Of a stretch of DNA of 64,000 nucleotides, positions 25,996 through 37,925 are shown piece after piece; position 1 is the first letter of the stretch, and each line of letters opens with the position of its first letter. Source of the DNA: Rhizodiscina lignyota (lineage: Eukaryota); assembly GCA_010015805.1 (NCBI GenBank), contig ML978127.1, positions 434,001 to 498,000 of the forward strand. The letters run 5' to 3'. The translations under genes and the position numbers were made by a program. Below the pieces are notes generated by a model. That model was not told the DNA's origin. It saw only the letters and a list, made by a program, of their open reading frames with translations, and did no database searches.

Positions 25996-27728
25996 CTAAA
26001 TGATCATATTTGCCACTAACGTAACCAGGAGGCCAAACGAATCAGCGTAAGCATACCACCTGTCGTGTTGTTTTCCGGCTGCTTCCTTCAACTCAACAAG
26101 GTCACCGTTTTTGAGCATGCCATGCACGGCATTCTTATGTAGGTATTCTGCATAGTCGACTGCCCAGTCCATCTCGTTCTCGGCATTCCACAACGTCATA
26201 GGGGACGGTGCAGGCGAGCAGGAATACTCGGGCATGGCTGGAGACGGTGCTGTAATTGGTGCGTCCATAATGCTGTTTATAATGAGCACGGTAGTTGCAG
26301 TTCTTATGAAACGTGTCAGTGAGGTCCGCCTAACTTCGGGGATATTCGTCTCGCATTGCACTTACCGACGACGCGATTCGAAAAATACCCAGTCCTTCCA
26401 CAGGATCATTTGACCCGTAAGTTCCTCAGAGCTGATGAGATCACCGAATTTTGTGGTGATATGCCTGCATACTGTCTTCACCTCTCTCTTCGTGAGTACG
26501 ATGGGCTTTCTGAGAGGGTTGCATCACGTTTACTCACCTTAATTGAATCCATAAGTTGGGTACCAAAGGCGGTATAGTTATGGTGTCCCTCGATAATCCT
26601 CAGAAGAATGTAGACAACGAGAGATTGTAGCGCCTCTAGAATCTCCCATTTGCTAAAGCTGGGGTGCTATTTGCGATAGCTCTGGTCAGTAATCAGGTCG
26701 TCACTGGATACTAGTATGGATTGAGGTTTTTGGTACGTACCTCGTTCAGCAGTCGCTCCTGTTCGACCCGAATCAGGCCCCAGATCAAGCTTTTATTCGT
26801 TCGTCGGCCATGCAGCAGCATCTTGGCCAGGTTTAGGGCAGCATCGAGAGGACTCAGACGAGTCGTGTCACTTTCAGACAGATACTGATATTTCGGGTGG
26901 ATGAAAGGAGGAACACAACCCCGGTTGGCTACCATGTATGGGTAGGAGCGTAGGATGTGCAGGGCAAGGTCGCTCGTAAGCTCAAGCTCTGGCTCTGAGA
27001 ACTTGCGCCGTTCAAACAATGAGGAAGGATCTCGATAGGCCAGCGATACTGGAATCGAAGATGATGCTTGAAATGATTGCTCCGAGGGAGTTATAATATT
27101 GGACGCAGACTGTAACTCGCCGCTAATACTAGAGGCGTTGACATGAGATCCGAGAGAATAGCCTCCACCCAAGTCAGTCGTTAGGTCAGACATATATAAC
27201 CACTCAGGGCTCAATATGTCATTTTCCCAAGTAAAATTCGTGAGGGAAAGATTTCTGTTTCTGGATGTTTCTTCAGCCTCAGCAGAAGAACTGTCGACGC
27301 CGGGCCTAACATCGTTCGAAGAATGGGCCGGAGCGTCCATAGGAGATAGGCCGGTGAGCTGCAATGAGGCCGTTAGCATAAGGACTACCACTATCTGCTT
27401 CAAAGACTAGGCTGGCTACATTTTGGCTATTCAGGGTGCCATGGTAAGTACATGAGACGCCTTTTGAAGCGCATCGAGAGCAGCCTCCAGTATCTGAGCT
27501 GCAGCGGACCTTGGACCGCACGCATTCATCACACGCCTTCCTTCTAGGCACAGGTCCTGATTGATGTTTCTTCCGGCAATATGAGACGTGTCTGCTCTTG
27601 GCTCGTGCTATATAGCGTTAGTCCGGGTCAAGTGGCCTCGGTAGTCTCTTACCGTTGGTACTGTTAATGTAGAGCTTCTTACACACAGGACAGTGCAGTG
27701 CGTTCCGCCGGCTCACCGGCTCCTCCAT
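25996..27728 (-). CDS. Zn(II)2Cys6 transcription factor with N-terminal C2HC-type finger (multi-exon)
   Basis: Spliced N-terminus MEEPVSRRNALHCPVCKKLY...RHVSYC followed by RKACDECVRSKVRC...CSRC...CTY. C-terminal exons give WKDWVFFESRRR. Confidence 0.82.
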
Positions 27729-27954
27729 TTAGGCGAGGCAAGACTGCAGTGCTTTCGCTCACAGTGTAATGATGGAGGAAAAAAATCTTGTCGTCTTCCG
27801 ACTCGGTATGTGTATCGGAGAAGCGAGGGGATTGCCTCCACCTGACAACGGAATTCCGTTGTACAGACTCTACCAAAGCTAAGATAAAGAAGCCCTTTCC
27901 TAATAGAGTTAGAACCCCCGAGCTCCGCGGTCTCTTCCAGACTAGTTTTTGGAC

Positions 27955-29848
27955 TCAATCTTTAACAACAGCATCAATGATGGCACCTGTACCGTTCTGC
28001 ACCGCTACAACCGCTTCTTGCAACGCAGCTTTGAGATCTTCCCACCTGTTTATCTTCCATGTCCTCAAGTGTCCATTGCTGCCAGCTTTGGCGATTCCAC
28101 AATAGTCGGGGCCTTCCATCTTCAAATCAATCGCAAGCTGCTCATCGCTCATGCCTGCAGCAAGGCCACCTGGATGAACATCATTGACGCAGGATCGTGT
28201 TGCCTTCCACCCCCCGTTGTTAAGTACGATAGTCAGAAATGGTGTCTTGTGACGATATGCGGCCCAGAATACGGCACTCGGTGACGAAAACATGAAAGCT
28301 CCATCACCGATGATATTAACGACGAACTTTGACGGCCCTTCGCTCTCTCTGCGGTTACTCGAAGGCGGACTGCCCAAGTCGTACCACTTCAACGCAAGGG
28401 ATATGCCAATGGCAGCTCCACATGCCCATCCCAGACCACTTCCACCCTTGGAGAAGTTAGATCCAGGACGGGATAGCTGCAACTGCTCAGTTAAAGCAAT
28501 TTGATTGGTGATCGCATCGTGCACGAACACGCTATCTTCTGGCACAGTCTCCCGAATGGTGCGGAACAAGAAGTCCTTGGTAAGGAAACCATCAGAAGCA
28601 GGTGCTGCACGCTGTGAGAGGGCCTTGAGACCAGATTCGTAAGTTTGCCTACGATCCGAGACCCCATCCGTCACACTAGACGGTTGGTGTTTAAGAGTGT
28701 AGGTGTGCAACTGTCGTAGTATAGTGTTCGAATCACCATGGAAGGTAGCGTCTGCATATATGTCGAACAGATTCATCATCTCTTTCCTTGGATCAAGGTC
28801 GACGTGAAAAATCGTCGCTTCTGGACTTGGCTTCACTTTAGTCGGTATCCACGGGACATCCGCATCTATTACTAAGATGACATCGGCCGTCTTGATGGCC
28901 TGTCCAGCGCCTGCTGCTCGGGAAAGCCATGCCTCATGTGTGCTTGGGAAACTCATTTCTCGTTGTTCGAAGTCGAAGACCCCCAAGGAATCAACGACAT
29001 CAGCAAGCTGAATCAACGCATTGACCGCTTCGTGATTTCGACCAAGATACCCAGTCACGACGAGAGGTCTTTTAGCTTGAATGATAGCATCGCCAATCAT
29101 CGCAATAGCATGGTCCGGCAGTCCACCAATAGCGCACGAAGGCATCTTCACCTTTCTGGGACGCTCCGTCCTGGACGCCAGAACTTCTCTTGTGGCAGTC
29201 AGATATACTGGTCCAGGTGACCCTGTCGTAGACATCAACAGTGCACGATTCACCATCATTTGCACATGTTCGCCGGCCTTGATCTCATTGGAGTATCTCG
29301 AGAACGGCGCCACCATCATGTGCTGATTCGGGACATCTTGATACCACTGGACATGCTCACTTCGTGAGCCAGGCAGCTCCCCATACAATGTATACGGTGC
29401 CTGGCCCGCGAATATGAGGACTGGCGCTTTTCCGCTCGAGGCATTGTGCAGTCCTTGTCCAAGAGCATTGGTTCCGACATCGACATGAACCAGCACACAT
29501 TGAGGCTTTCCAGTCAGTCGTGCGTAGCCATCAGCGGCTGACATTGCCACGAACTGCGCCGTATCAACATGCTGATGTTGGCCAACTTTGAAGCCCACCG
29601 AGCTTTACCTCGTGCAAAAACAATAGCAACTTTGGCCATTGCTGATCTGGAGAGCTTTGTCGGCGAACGTATGCTTCTATAATACTTGGATGATCGGAGC
29701 CAAGGACTGCAAAAATATAATCTATTCCAGCCTAATATGTATCATCTGTTATTAGTAAAGAGAAATCGGCGCAGAAGGTGCTTTAACTGACCAATGCAAG
29801 GCTCTCCAAGAACGCATCAGCAACTGTATATGATTCACTTTCGCCCAT
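27955..29848 (-). CDS. Thiamine diphosphate-dependent enzyme (acetolactate synthase-like/decarboxylase family; two 5' introns)
   Basis: Spliced N-terminus MGESESYTVADAFLESL...LGSDHPS...LHEFVAMSAADGYAR; VHVDVGT; ThDP motif GDGAFMFS...LNNGGW. Confidence 0.9.
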
Positions 29849-30477
29849 TTTTTACTCAGTGAGATATCTTATTAATCTCACGTCTGTTCATCAACTACGA
29901 TAAATCCAGCGGAGTAGCGACGTGCAAAGTTGCACTGAGAGCGAACGAGGTCTCTTGCTTGCACATGCCGCGAATCACACCATCACCCCAAGCATTTCCC
30001 GGGCCAAAGGGCTATCTCTTAATGAAGTCAAGGAGCACCGGGAAACATTCACCCTGAAAATACCGAATAGTTGCACTGTGGCAAATTTGGCAATCAATCC
30101 GAAAGTGGATCTTCATATCCAGCGAAGATCGTCAGTGGGGCTAGGTACAAGCTGGCGAGTGCTCCAATCAAAGGATCTAATACAGAGGCCGACGTGTCAC
30201 GGACGGCTGAAGACACAAAATACATGGGGCATGTAGTATAGCTGTAACGCGGCCGGGGCTCTATGCCAGATAATGCTTGATTGAACGATGCACTCGTGCG
30301 GGCCTGGTAAGATGGGCCTGTTATTTCCCCGCTATACTCGTGATGGTGGTTACACCAGCTTAGATGCTGCTATGAATAAGATGCCAAAGTCGCATTACAG
30401 TGTCATTTCTGCATTTTCTCTTGCCTATATTTTCCGCTGAAATCGGACTTGCGTGGGGTCGTTTCAACTTTGAGCTC

Positions 30478-32042
30478 ATGGCGCAAAGTGAGCGAGAGCA
30501 CCAAATAGATGAGCCAGAAAAGGTCGGGCATGAGGTGGGAGTAGAAGAGTCGGCGCAAGAATGGGATCCCGCGATTGAAAGGAAGATTCTCCGCAAGTTG
30601 GACTTTGGCATCCTTCCCGTCCTCTGGTTCCTCTTCCTTGTCTCCTTTGTCGACAGAGGCAATATCGGAAATGCAAAAATTGCTGGAATGACGAAGGACC
30701 TCCACCTAGTCGGTAACCGATACAACGTAGCAGTTCAAGTCTTCACCGCCGCTTATGTTGCGTTCGGCCTTCCTGCGAACATTCTCTTCAAGAAGATTGG
30801 ACCGAGGTCGTTGCCGGCGATGATGTTCCTCTGGGGATTGACGGTCATCGGTCAGGGTGTAACAGCATCGTATCAAGGGTTGGCAGCGTGCCGATTCCTA
30901 GAGGGAATGTGTGAGGCCGGTTTCGTACCAGGCGCAGCGTATTTGATCGGTAGCTACTACAAGAGGGATGAATTTCTGAAGAGATATACATTTTTCTTTG
31001 GAGCCGCTATCGTAGCAGGAGCATTCAACGGTGTAAGTCCTGTAACGCATAATCTATGTAGAGAAGACTGAGAACGCGTAGCTGCTGTCTTATGCCATTG
31101 CGAAAATGGCTGGAGTCGGAGGATATAATGGTTGGCGATGGTAATGGGCCCACTGAAAAACTACCAAGCGTTCGCTGTACTGATGGACCTAGGATTTTCA
31201 TTCTCGAAGGGTGTACAACAGTGCTCGTTGCATCTATCAGCTTCTTTCTGATCGTTCCCTTTCCACAACAAAGCAAGTTCCTCGATCCGAAAGAGAAGAA
31301 AATTCTGCTTGCCAGGCTGGAAGCAGACGGGGCAAATGTGAAGCACGACCAGCTCCGTCTCCTGGATGCTCTTAAAGACTGGAAAATATGGGCTGCAACA
31401 ATGGTCTACATTGGAGCAGAAGAGAACGCAAGCTCGGTCGTGGCGTTCCAGCCGACGGTGTTGAGTGGTCTGGGATATACGTCTTCAGCTGCTCAGGTCC
31501 ACACGATCCCTGTGTATGCCGTGGCGTGGGTCTTGTCGATGACCTGTGCCTTCTTCGCTGATCGACTCCGGCAACGATACATCTTTGCAATGGTCGGTAT
31601 GATCCTGACAACGGTGGGCTTAGCTATAGAAATCGCTCAACCGAAAGCTGCGGGCGCTCGATACGCTGGCATGTTCTTCCTCACTTCTGGCCCGTATATC
31701 GTCATGCCGGTGACTGTCGTATGGCTCGCCATCAATCTCGGAAAGGGATACAAACGCACAGTTGGATTGGGTGTGCTCATTGCCGTTGGGAACTGTGGCG
31801 CGTTAGTCTCAGCCAACGTCTTTTTGACAAGCGAGACTCCGAAATTCCACACAGGTTTCAGCGTCGGAATGGGCATGAACATGCTGTGTGCCATCGGCCT
31901 GACCTGGCTTTACATTGGGCTGAGAATGGAAAATAGAAGGCGAGACAAAACTGAACGGGTTTGGAATGGCACAACGGAAGAAGATCTAGCGCGGCTCCAG
32001 GATCTGGGAGATCAGCATCCGGACTTTCGATACTCTTTATAG
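30478..32042 (+). CDS. MFS transporter, anion:cation symporter (Dal5/Tna1-like) family (introns 31033-31081, 31141-31192)
   Basis: ERKILRKLD, SFVDRGNIGNAK, RFLEGMCEAG, spliced GWRWIFILEG and C-terminal GDQHPDFRYSL. Confidence 0.9.
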
Positions 32043-32350
32043 TCATGCCTCCACGTAGCAGGACAGGGTATATCTAAAATGAAGAATTTCCACGAACTAT
32101 CACTCCTATATGAGATGGATTTAGGGGTTGAAGGTAGACCATAGCAAGTGCCTCTCTCCTATTTCCCGTCTTACCATGCCTATGCCAAATACACTTAGGG
32201 ATACCTATGGGAGTAACTATAGTGTCGAGAGAATTGCGAAACAGACGAAGCATCGCCCAATCGCGAAGGCATTCACACGGCACGATGCTTTAGCAGCAAT
32301 CTCAACGAGCATTAGAGCCAATTGAGCCTCAAGATCGGATATGGAGACAG

Positions 32351-32503
32351 CACTTCTTGAACATAGACACTTCTTGGACACAGAAACACTAACACTTCTT
32401 GAACACTAACACTTCTTGAACACTAACACTTCTTGAACACTAACACTTCTTGAACACTAACACTTCTTGAACACTAACACTTCTTGAACACTAACACTTC
32501 TTA
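32351..32503. repeat. 17-bp minisatellite (AACACTAACACTTCTTG)n
   Basis: Six perfect units at 32385-32486, one near-perfect unit to 32503, and two degenerate units at 32351-32384. Confidence 0.95.
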
Positions 32504-32862
32504 AGCGCTCTTCAATTTGACTTCGATGCTTAAGACCCTAATAATTGCCCGATTTCACAATGTCTCGAACTCCTGAGGAATCTGAAGGAAATCTGCCGTC
32601 TAGGCGTTCTTTCCGACTCGCTTAATACGCCGACAAATGTAAAGAGTTGGTTAGTAACAGCCCTGCACCAGCTTACATGTAGAGCTCCGACTTAACAGCC
32701 GACAAGAGCATCCGACTGTCTTCCTGCACCACTTTCCCTAGGTGAGAAAAAAGTAGTGCAGCAAGATAGATCTCTTGCAATTCTGAGTAAATGCAGAGTG
32801 TTATCGGATTAAAATAAGCGGTTACCAATCTGGATCTTCCACATGTATCCGATCTTCCGTGA

Positions 32863-32898
32863 AGCTCTCGGAGAGATATAAGCTCGCGGAGAGATATA
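32863..32898. repeat. 18-bp tandem duplication AGCTC[T/G]CGGAGAGATATA upstream of the FMO
   Basis: Two adjacent copies with one mismatch, each containing a CGG triplet, about 90 bp before the ATG. Confidence 0.8.
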
Positions 32899-32985
32899 AC
32901 TTAAGACGACGACCTGATTACAAGAAGATACCACGCTCTGATGAGTGAAGGTGTCTAATTCTGAGGAAGAGGACAGCCTTCCGCT

Positions 32986-34820
32986 ATGGAAACTGTCGAT
33001 CTATTGATAGTTGGCGCGGGTTAATCCACACTCTCCCCATGTCACACGCTTATCGCTAACTGATCAGCTCAGGATGGCATGGCCTCGCGATGGCGAAGAC
33101 CTTTCTGGAGGTCTGTCCAAATGAGAATGTTCTTATCGTCGACTCTGCTGCCTCAATTGGCGGTGTCTGGGCTCACGAGCGTGTCTACCCTGGACTCAAG
33201 ACCAACAACCTCATCGGTTCATACGAATTCAGTGACTTCCCTATGACTCCTGAGAAATATGGCTGCAAGCAGAAGAGCCACATTCCTGGAGCTACGGTTC
33301 ACAAATACCTTTGCGATGCGGCGCAGCATTTTGACATTACTCGGAGGGTGCGGCTCAAAACGAAAGTCCAAACTGCGCGGCTAGTAGAGGACTCGTCCTG
33401 GATAGTTGATACTGTGGCTCTCTCGGACTCGGAGTCTCCTGGGAATGGAGACAACCTTCAAACAATACTTGCAAGGAGGCTCGTCATTGCAACGGGAACG
33501 ACATCGGAGCCATTCAGGCCGACCTTTGTAAACGAGTCTACATTTGCCGGTCCAATTGTCCACTCGAAAGAGCTCCGTGAACAGTCCCAGGTCCTGGGAG
33601 CTGCTTCAAGTATTGTAGTTGTCGGTGGAAACAAGTCCGCCTTCGATGTTGCCTACACCGCAGCTCAGAATGATACCGAAGTCCACATGGTCATGCGCCC
33701 AAGTGGCGGAGGTCCAAGTTGGGTTTGGCCATCGCGCTTCTCCTTCTTTGGGATCAGCACATCGATCGCAAGGCTCTCCTTCACGAGATTCGTATCGTGG
33801 TTTGATCCCTGTATATGGGCGAGAGACAGCTGGATACGCTGGCTACTGCACAGAACCTGGGTTGGTCGGAAGCTAACAGCGCTATTCTGGACACTATTAC
33901 GGCGGAAGGTTGAGCGGCTCAACGGATATGACAAGCACGAGGCATTACGATTGTTGAAACCGTGGACAAGCCCATATTGGATGGGAAATTCGCTGAGCGC
34001 AAACAACTACGAGGAACCGTGGTTTGCTCTGGCGCGAAGGGGCAAGATCAAAATCCATATTGGAAACGTGGAGTCTCTAGACGAACGCGCTGTGCATTTC
34101 ACGGATGGAACAGTTGTGGATGCAGACGTACTAGTCTGTTGTACGGGCTGGAAAGCCGCACCTCCCATTAGATTCATTCCAGATGACATCCACGCCAGAC
34201 TAGGCCTTCCTGGGTCCATTTACGAGCCGGATCAGGAAACATTACAAGCTGATCGGCACATTTTCTCTCTGTTTCCTGATCTCCACGAAGGGCCTATCAA
34301 ACAGATACCGAGTCCGAGAGGTCGAAGCATCCAAAAGAGGCCAGAGCATCAGCATGAAGGCCAAGCTACTACAGCCTATCGTTTGTACCGCTTCTCCGTT
34401 CCGACAGACCCGCAATTTCTTCGCTATCGAACCATCGCCTTCGCAGGGGCACATCTTTCCGTTCATGCCATTGCGATTGCACAAGTACAGGCGCTATGGA
34501 TCACGGCCTTCTTCCTAGACAGAATTGGAACACTCTCCATCGATCAGCTCACTTCCTCAACGCTGGGTAAGGTCCGCAGTGAGACTGTACTTTATGCGGA
34601 ATTTGAGAGACTGCGACGGCCGCCAGAAGCTGGTGGCTCGGGGCACCGCTACCCAGAAATGGTGTTTGACAGCATGCCGTACGTTGACATGCTGTTGCAG
34701 GAATTGGGGATTCAGATCTATCGGAAAGGGAGTTGGTGGAGAGAGCTGTTCACATCCTACGGAGTCCGCGATTACAAGGGCCTAGTTCAGGAGTGGATGA
34801 AGAGCAATAAGCTGAAATAA
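32986..34820 (+). CDS. Flavin-containing monooxygenase (FMO-like, class B; intron 33020-33072)
   Basis: Splicing gives METVDLLIVGAGWHG. Also IGGVW, ATG, FAGPIVHSKEL (FxGxxxHS-type) and second Rossmann VVGGNKSAFD. Confidence 0.9.
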
Positions 34821-34849
34821 AAGACGTTTATATCGCATAATGTTAGCCT

Positions 34850-36436
34850 TTAGATGAATATTCCAGATTTTTCTCTTCTAATGTTAACAACCCAGAGCAC
34901 GCAGATCAATCCCGCCCCGGCAAGCAAGGTACATCCAGACCACAGCTGAGGATGCAGAAAACCTGTCCGTGCCAGCTGCGCTGTGCCGCCTTGGCTCTGC
35001 AGCAAAGCCCCGGCAATTGGTGATCCAGTGAGTGAAGCAAACGATGACATCCCCCAGGACATTCCCATGCGAGTCCCAAGACGTCTGAGATCTGGACAGA
35101 GCCGCGGAAACACTGCTGCGGGAAGGGTGACAAGGCCTCCCGAGCAAAAGCCCCAGAATACGCTGAAGGTAATGAGGCCGCGCTGTGTAGACACTGCTAT
35201 CCAACTCAGGGACAAAATGCCGGAGATCAGTGCGCAGCACAGCCAAGTGAAGATAGGTCCAAGATGATGCGCGATGATGCCGACAGCCAATCGGCCAAAA
35301 AAGGATGCTGCGACGCCCATGATCAATATGTATAGTGCAAAGCTTGCTGAAATGCCGAGTGCGTCTTGAGCGAAGCTCGGGATATAAAAATACGGTACGA
35401 TGTATCCGACTGTAAATTACGTAGAGCAATCAGCGGAAGTCTGGGTCTAATATTTGCACCAAAGGATAACGTACGGAATGTCATAAAGGTGCAGCAGCTG
35501 AACAACAGGAATATCGGGTCTCTTAACGCTGTTGGATCGAACAACTTTCTCGCCGTGCGGGCTTTCGCTAGAGATCCTGTTCCGTAAAGGAGAGAGGGAA
35601 AGGCAATCAAAGCGATACCAAGCGCGATGAAACCCATGGTTCGTACCGCCCAACCAAAGTCAATTGATGAGGAGATGCGGTCAAATGCGATAATATAAGC
35701 CACGCCACCTGCAACGAGTGTTAGCTCATTAAGAATACGATATAAGGCATCGTGCAAGAGCCTCACCAACAGCAATGCCAGAAGTAGTAATGCCCTGAGC
35801 TAGAGCCCTCTTCCTTGAAAACGAAAGCCCGATTAATGCCAGACTCGGAACGTAGAGCAAACCAGCTCCCAAACCCATGCACACTCCTTGCGACAGGAAC
35901 ACTTGCCAGTAGTTATTGGCCAAGCTAAGCATGAAGATGCCAAACACGACCAGAAAATTCCCGAGAATGAGCATTGGACGGTACCAGCCCAGATCGAACA
36001 GCGGGCCGCTTAGAACGCCGATGATGATGAGAAGCCATGACTGTATAGTACCGATCCAACTGATCGCCGAGGGCGAGGAACTGCTCAGGAAGGTGTGTTG
36101 GTAATATGTTTGAAATGCTCCAAATGTCAAAGTAAATCCCCTGTGATGTAAATATCAGAATGCATCTACACAGATAGTCCAGAGCGTTCGTTACCAGATA
36201 TTCGAATAGATCAGAAAGCACCCAAATACCTTCAGCCACGCGTTAAGCCCACCATCGGGCGGCTGAGTGGACGGGTCAATGTCAGACCTTTTCGACGAAG
36301 ACTGGACCTTCTCAAGCGGTGCAGATACTAGCTCGTCTGATCCGGTATTCTCAACATCTTGCAGTTGTGCTGTAATTTCTTCGCTCTTGGAAGGGACTTT
36401 CTCTATTGGTGACTCAGTAGTGGCGGAGTAAGTCAT
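34850..36436 (-). CDS. MFS monocarboxylate-porter (MCH-like) transporter, multi-exon
   Basis: PPDGGLNAW, FGAFQTYY, SAISWIGTIQ, LSGPLFDLG, GTRMGM and GSPIAGALL across four ORFs separated by intron-like gaps. Confidence 0.88.
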
Positions 36437-37925
36437 GGATCAGGAATCCAGACTGTAAGCTATCCTCCAATGGATTAAGTATAGACGAGTCTTTTCTGAT
36501 GAAACTGACATAAACCAAGAGCCTTTTGACTTGATGAACAACAGTTGACAATGTAAAAGAGAAGGTAGCTAGCTCCATGGCAAAAAATGAAAATCCGATG
36601 AAATGACAAACCATGGCTAGAAGACCAATGCACGATCGCTTCAGTCGGCATCTCCATCCGTACAACGGGTTTGTCCCCAGAAATTGTGCGTGGAGACGGC
36701 ACGCTGTCGTTCGTATTGGTTAAGCACGACAATAATCCCCGCACATTCGCCAAAAAAGTGCCGCGGCTCAATTCCGCATCCTGGGAGCCCCAGACGGAGC
36801 TACACTAAGTTCTAGACTTAACCGAGATGGACACTGCTATTGGGATGCTGGTTATCGTCAAATCATAGCGATCGTGACTTATGTTGATGAGGTGAAGGGG
36901 ATAGATGATGAATGCTTTGATGGTTCGTGTAGGTGCACTGCTGACCTCATAAGATCGGCAATTGAGTTCTCCCGAAGGCTCTCATCTAATCGGGGGTTCC
37001 AATTGGCTGCATGACAAATGCACAACGTTTAAGTTATCACTATGCCGTCAATCCGGAGGGTAGATTGCTCTCCCAAGGTCCCCTTACACCCACCATGTAT
37101 ATGTGAGTCCCGGATAGGGTTTTGGGGGGGTTTAGGATGGCGAGGATAGCCTGTTATATCGAGTGCCGGGCATTCAGGAGATACACAATGGCCGAGCGAA
37201 AGGCGCTTCGAGGCTGCAAGTCATTGTATCCCGAATCGACTCGAACAAAGAGTCTGCATCGAAGCTACAAAGAATATATCACCGGTGAAAGAAGTAGCTT
37301 TCAGGCGCCTAAAGTACAAAGCTCATTGTAAGCCGAACATTATGCAGCAGAGTCGAAGAGTTAAGAAGCATGCAAAGCGCACATAAAAATTTGCTACTTG
37401 CAACATACCCAAAAATTTGACCTTACGCGACATGAAAATGCAAAACTTACTCTCTAGCTCGCAGCTGCTCCGAGGAATTCCTGGACTGGCCGACAGAATC
37501 AAGAACCTGTTTAAGAAAAGGAAACTTAGGAGAGCAAGCAACGCGGATAGGAGGGAACTTCTGCGTATCGATGTCAGTTCCATCAGCAGTTCCATCAGTA
37601 GCCCAAAAATTTCCCCTCAGGAAGTCCACGACAATGTTCCGGTCTCGCCTATTAACCTGGGACCTTGACGCTTAGTACTACCCAAATAAACATTTGCAGC
37701 ATAGTAATTGATTCTAAATTGGTCGGATGGATTCACAGTTGATGTCTGGCACACCTATGCTGTTGTAGGCTACAAATTGTGCGGATGAAAAGGGTCCGCG
37801 GCTTGTCACACTCCCTTAAAATTTACTTGTTAGTCAACCCAGAGCGGGCCTACATTCAATAATAGCAGGTTCGGCATCTGCTTTATGTATTTCTGTCTCA
37901 TAGGTAATGAGCTAATATATATCGT

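Noticed and set aside
32351..32503. Repeat array as CRISPR
   Set aside because: Units are contiguous with no unique spacers, there are no cas genes, and the context is eukaryotic.
37188..37668. Possible two-exon small gene (GTAAGC donor near 37328, TAG acceptor at 37457) with a 12-bp tandem duplication
   Set aside because: The frames join, but the branch point is weak and the product has no recognisable features; could be chance or a decayed gene.
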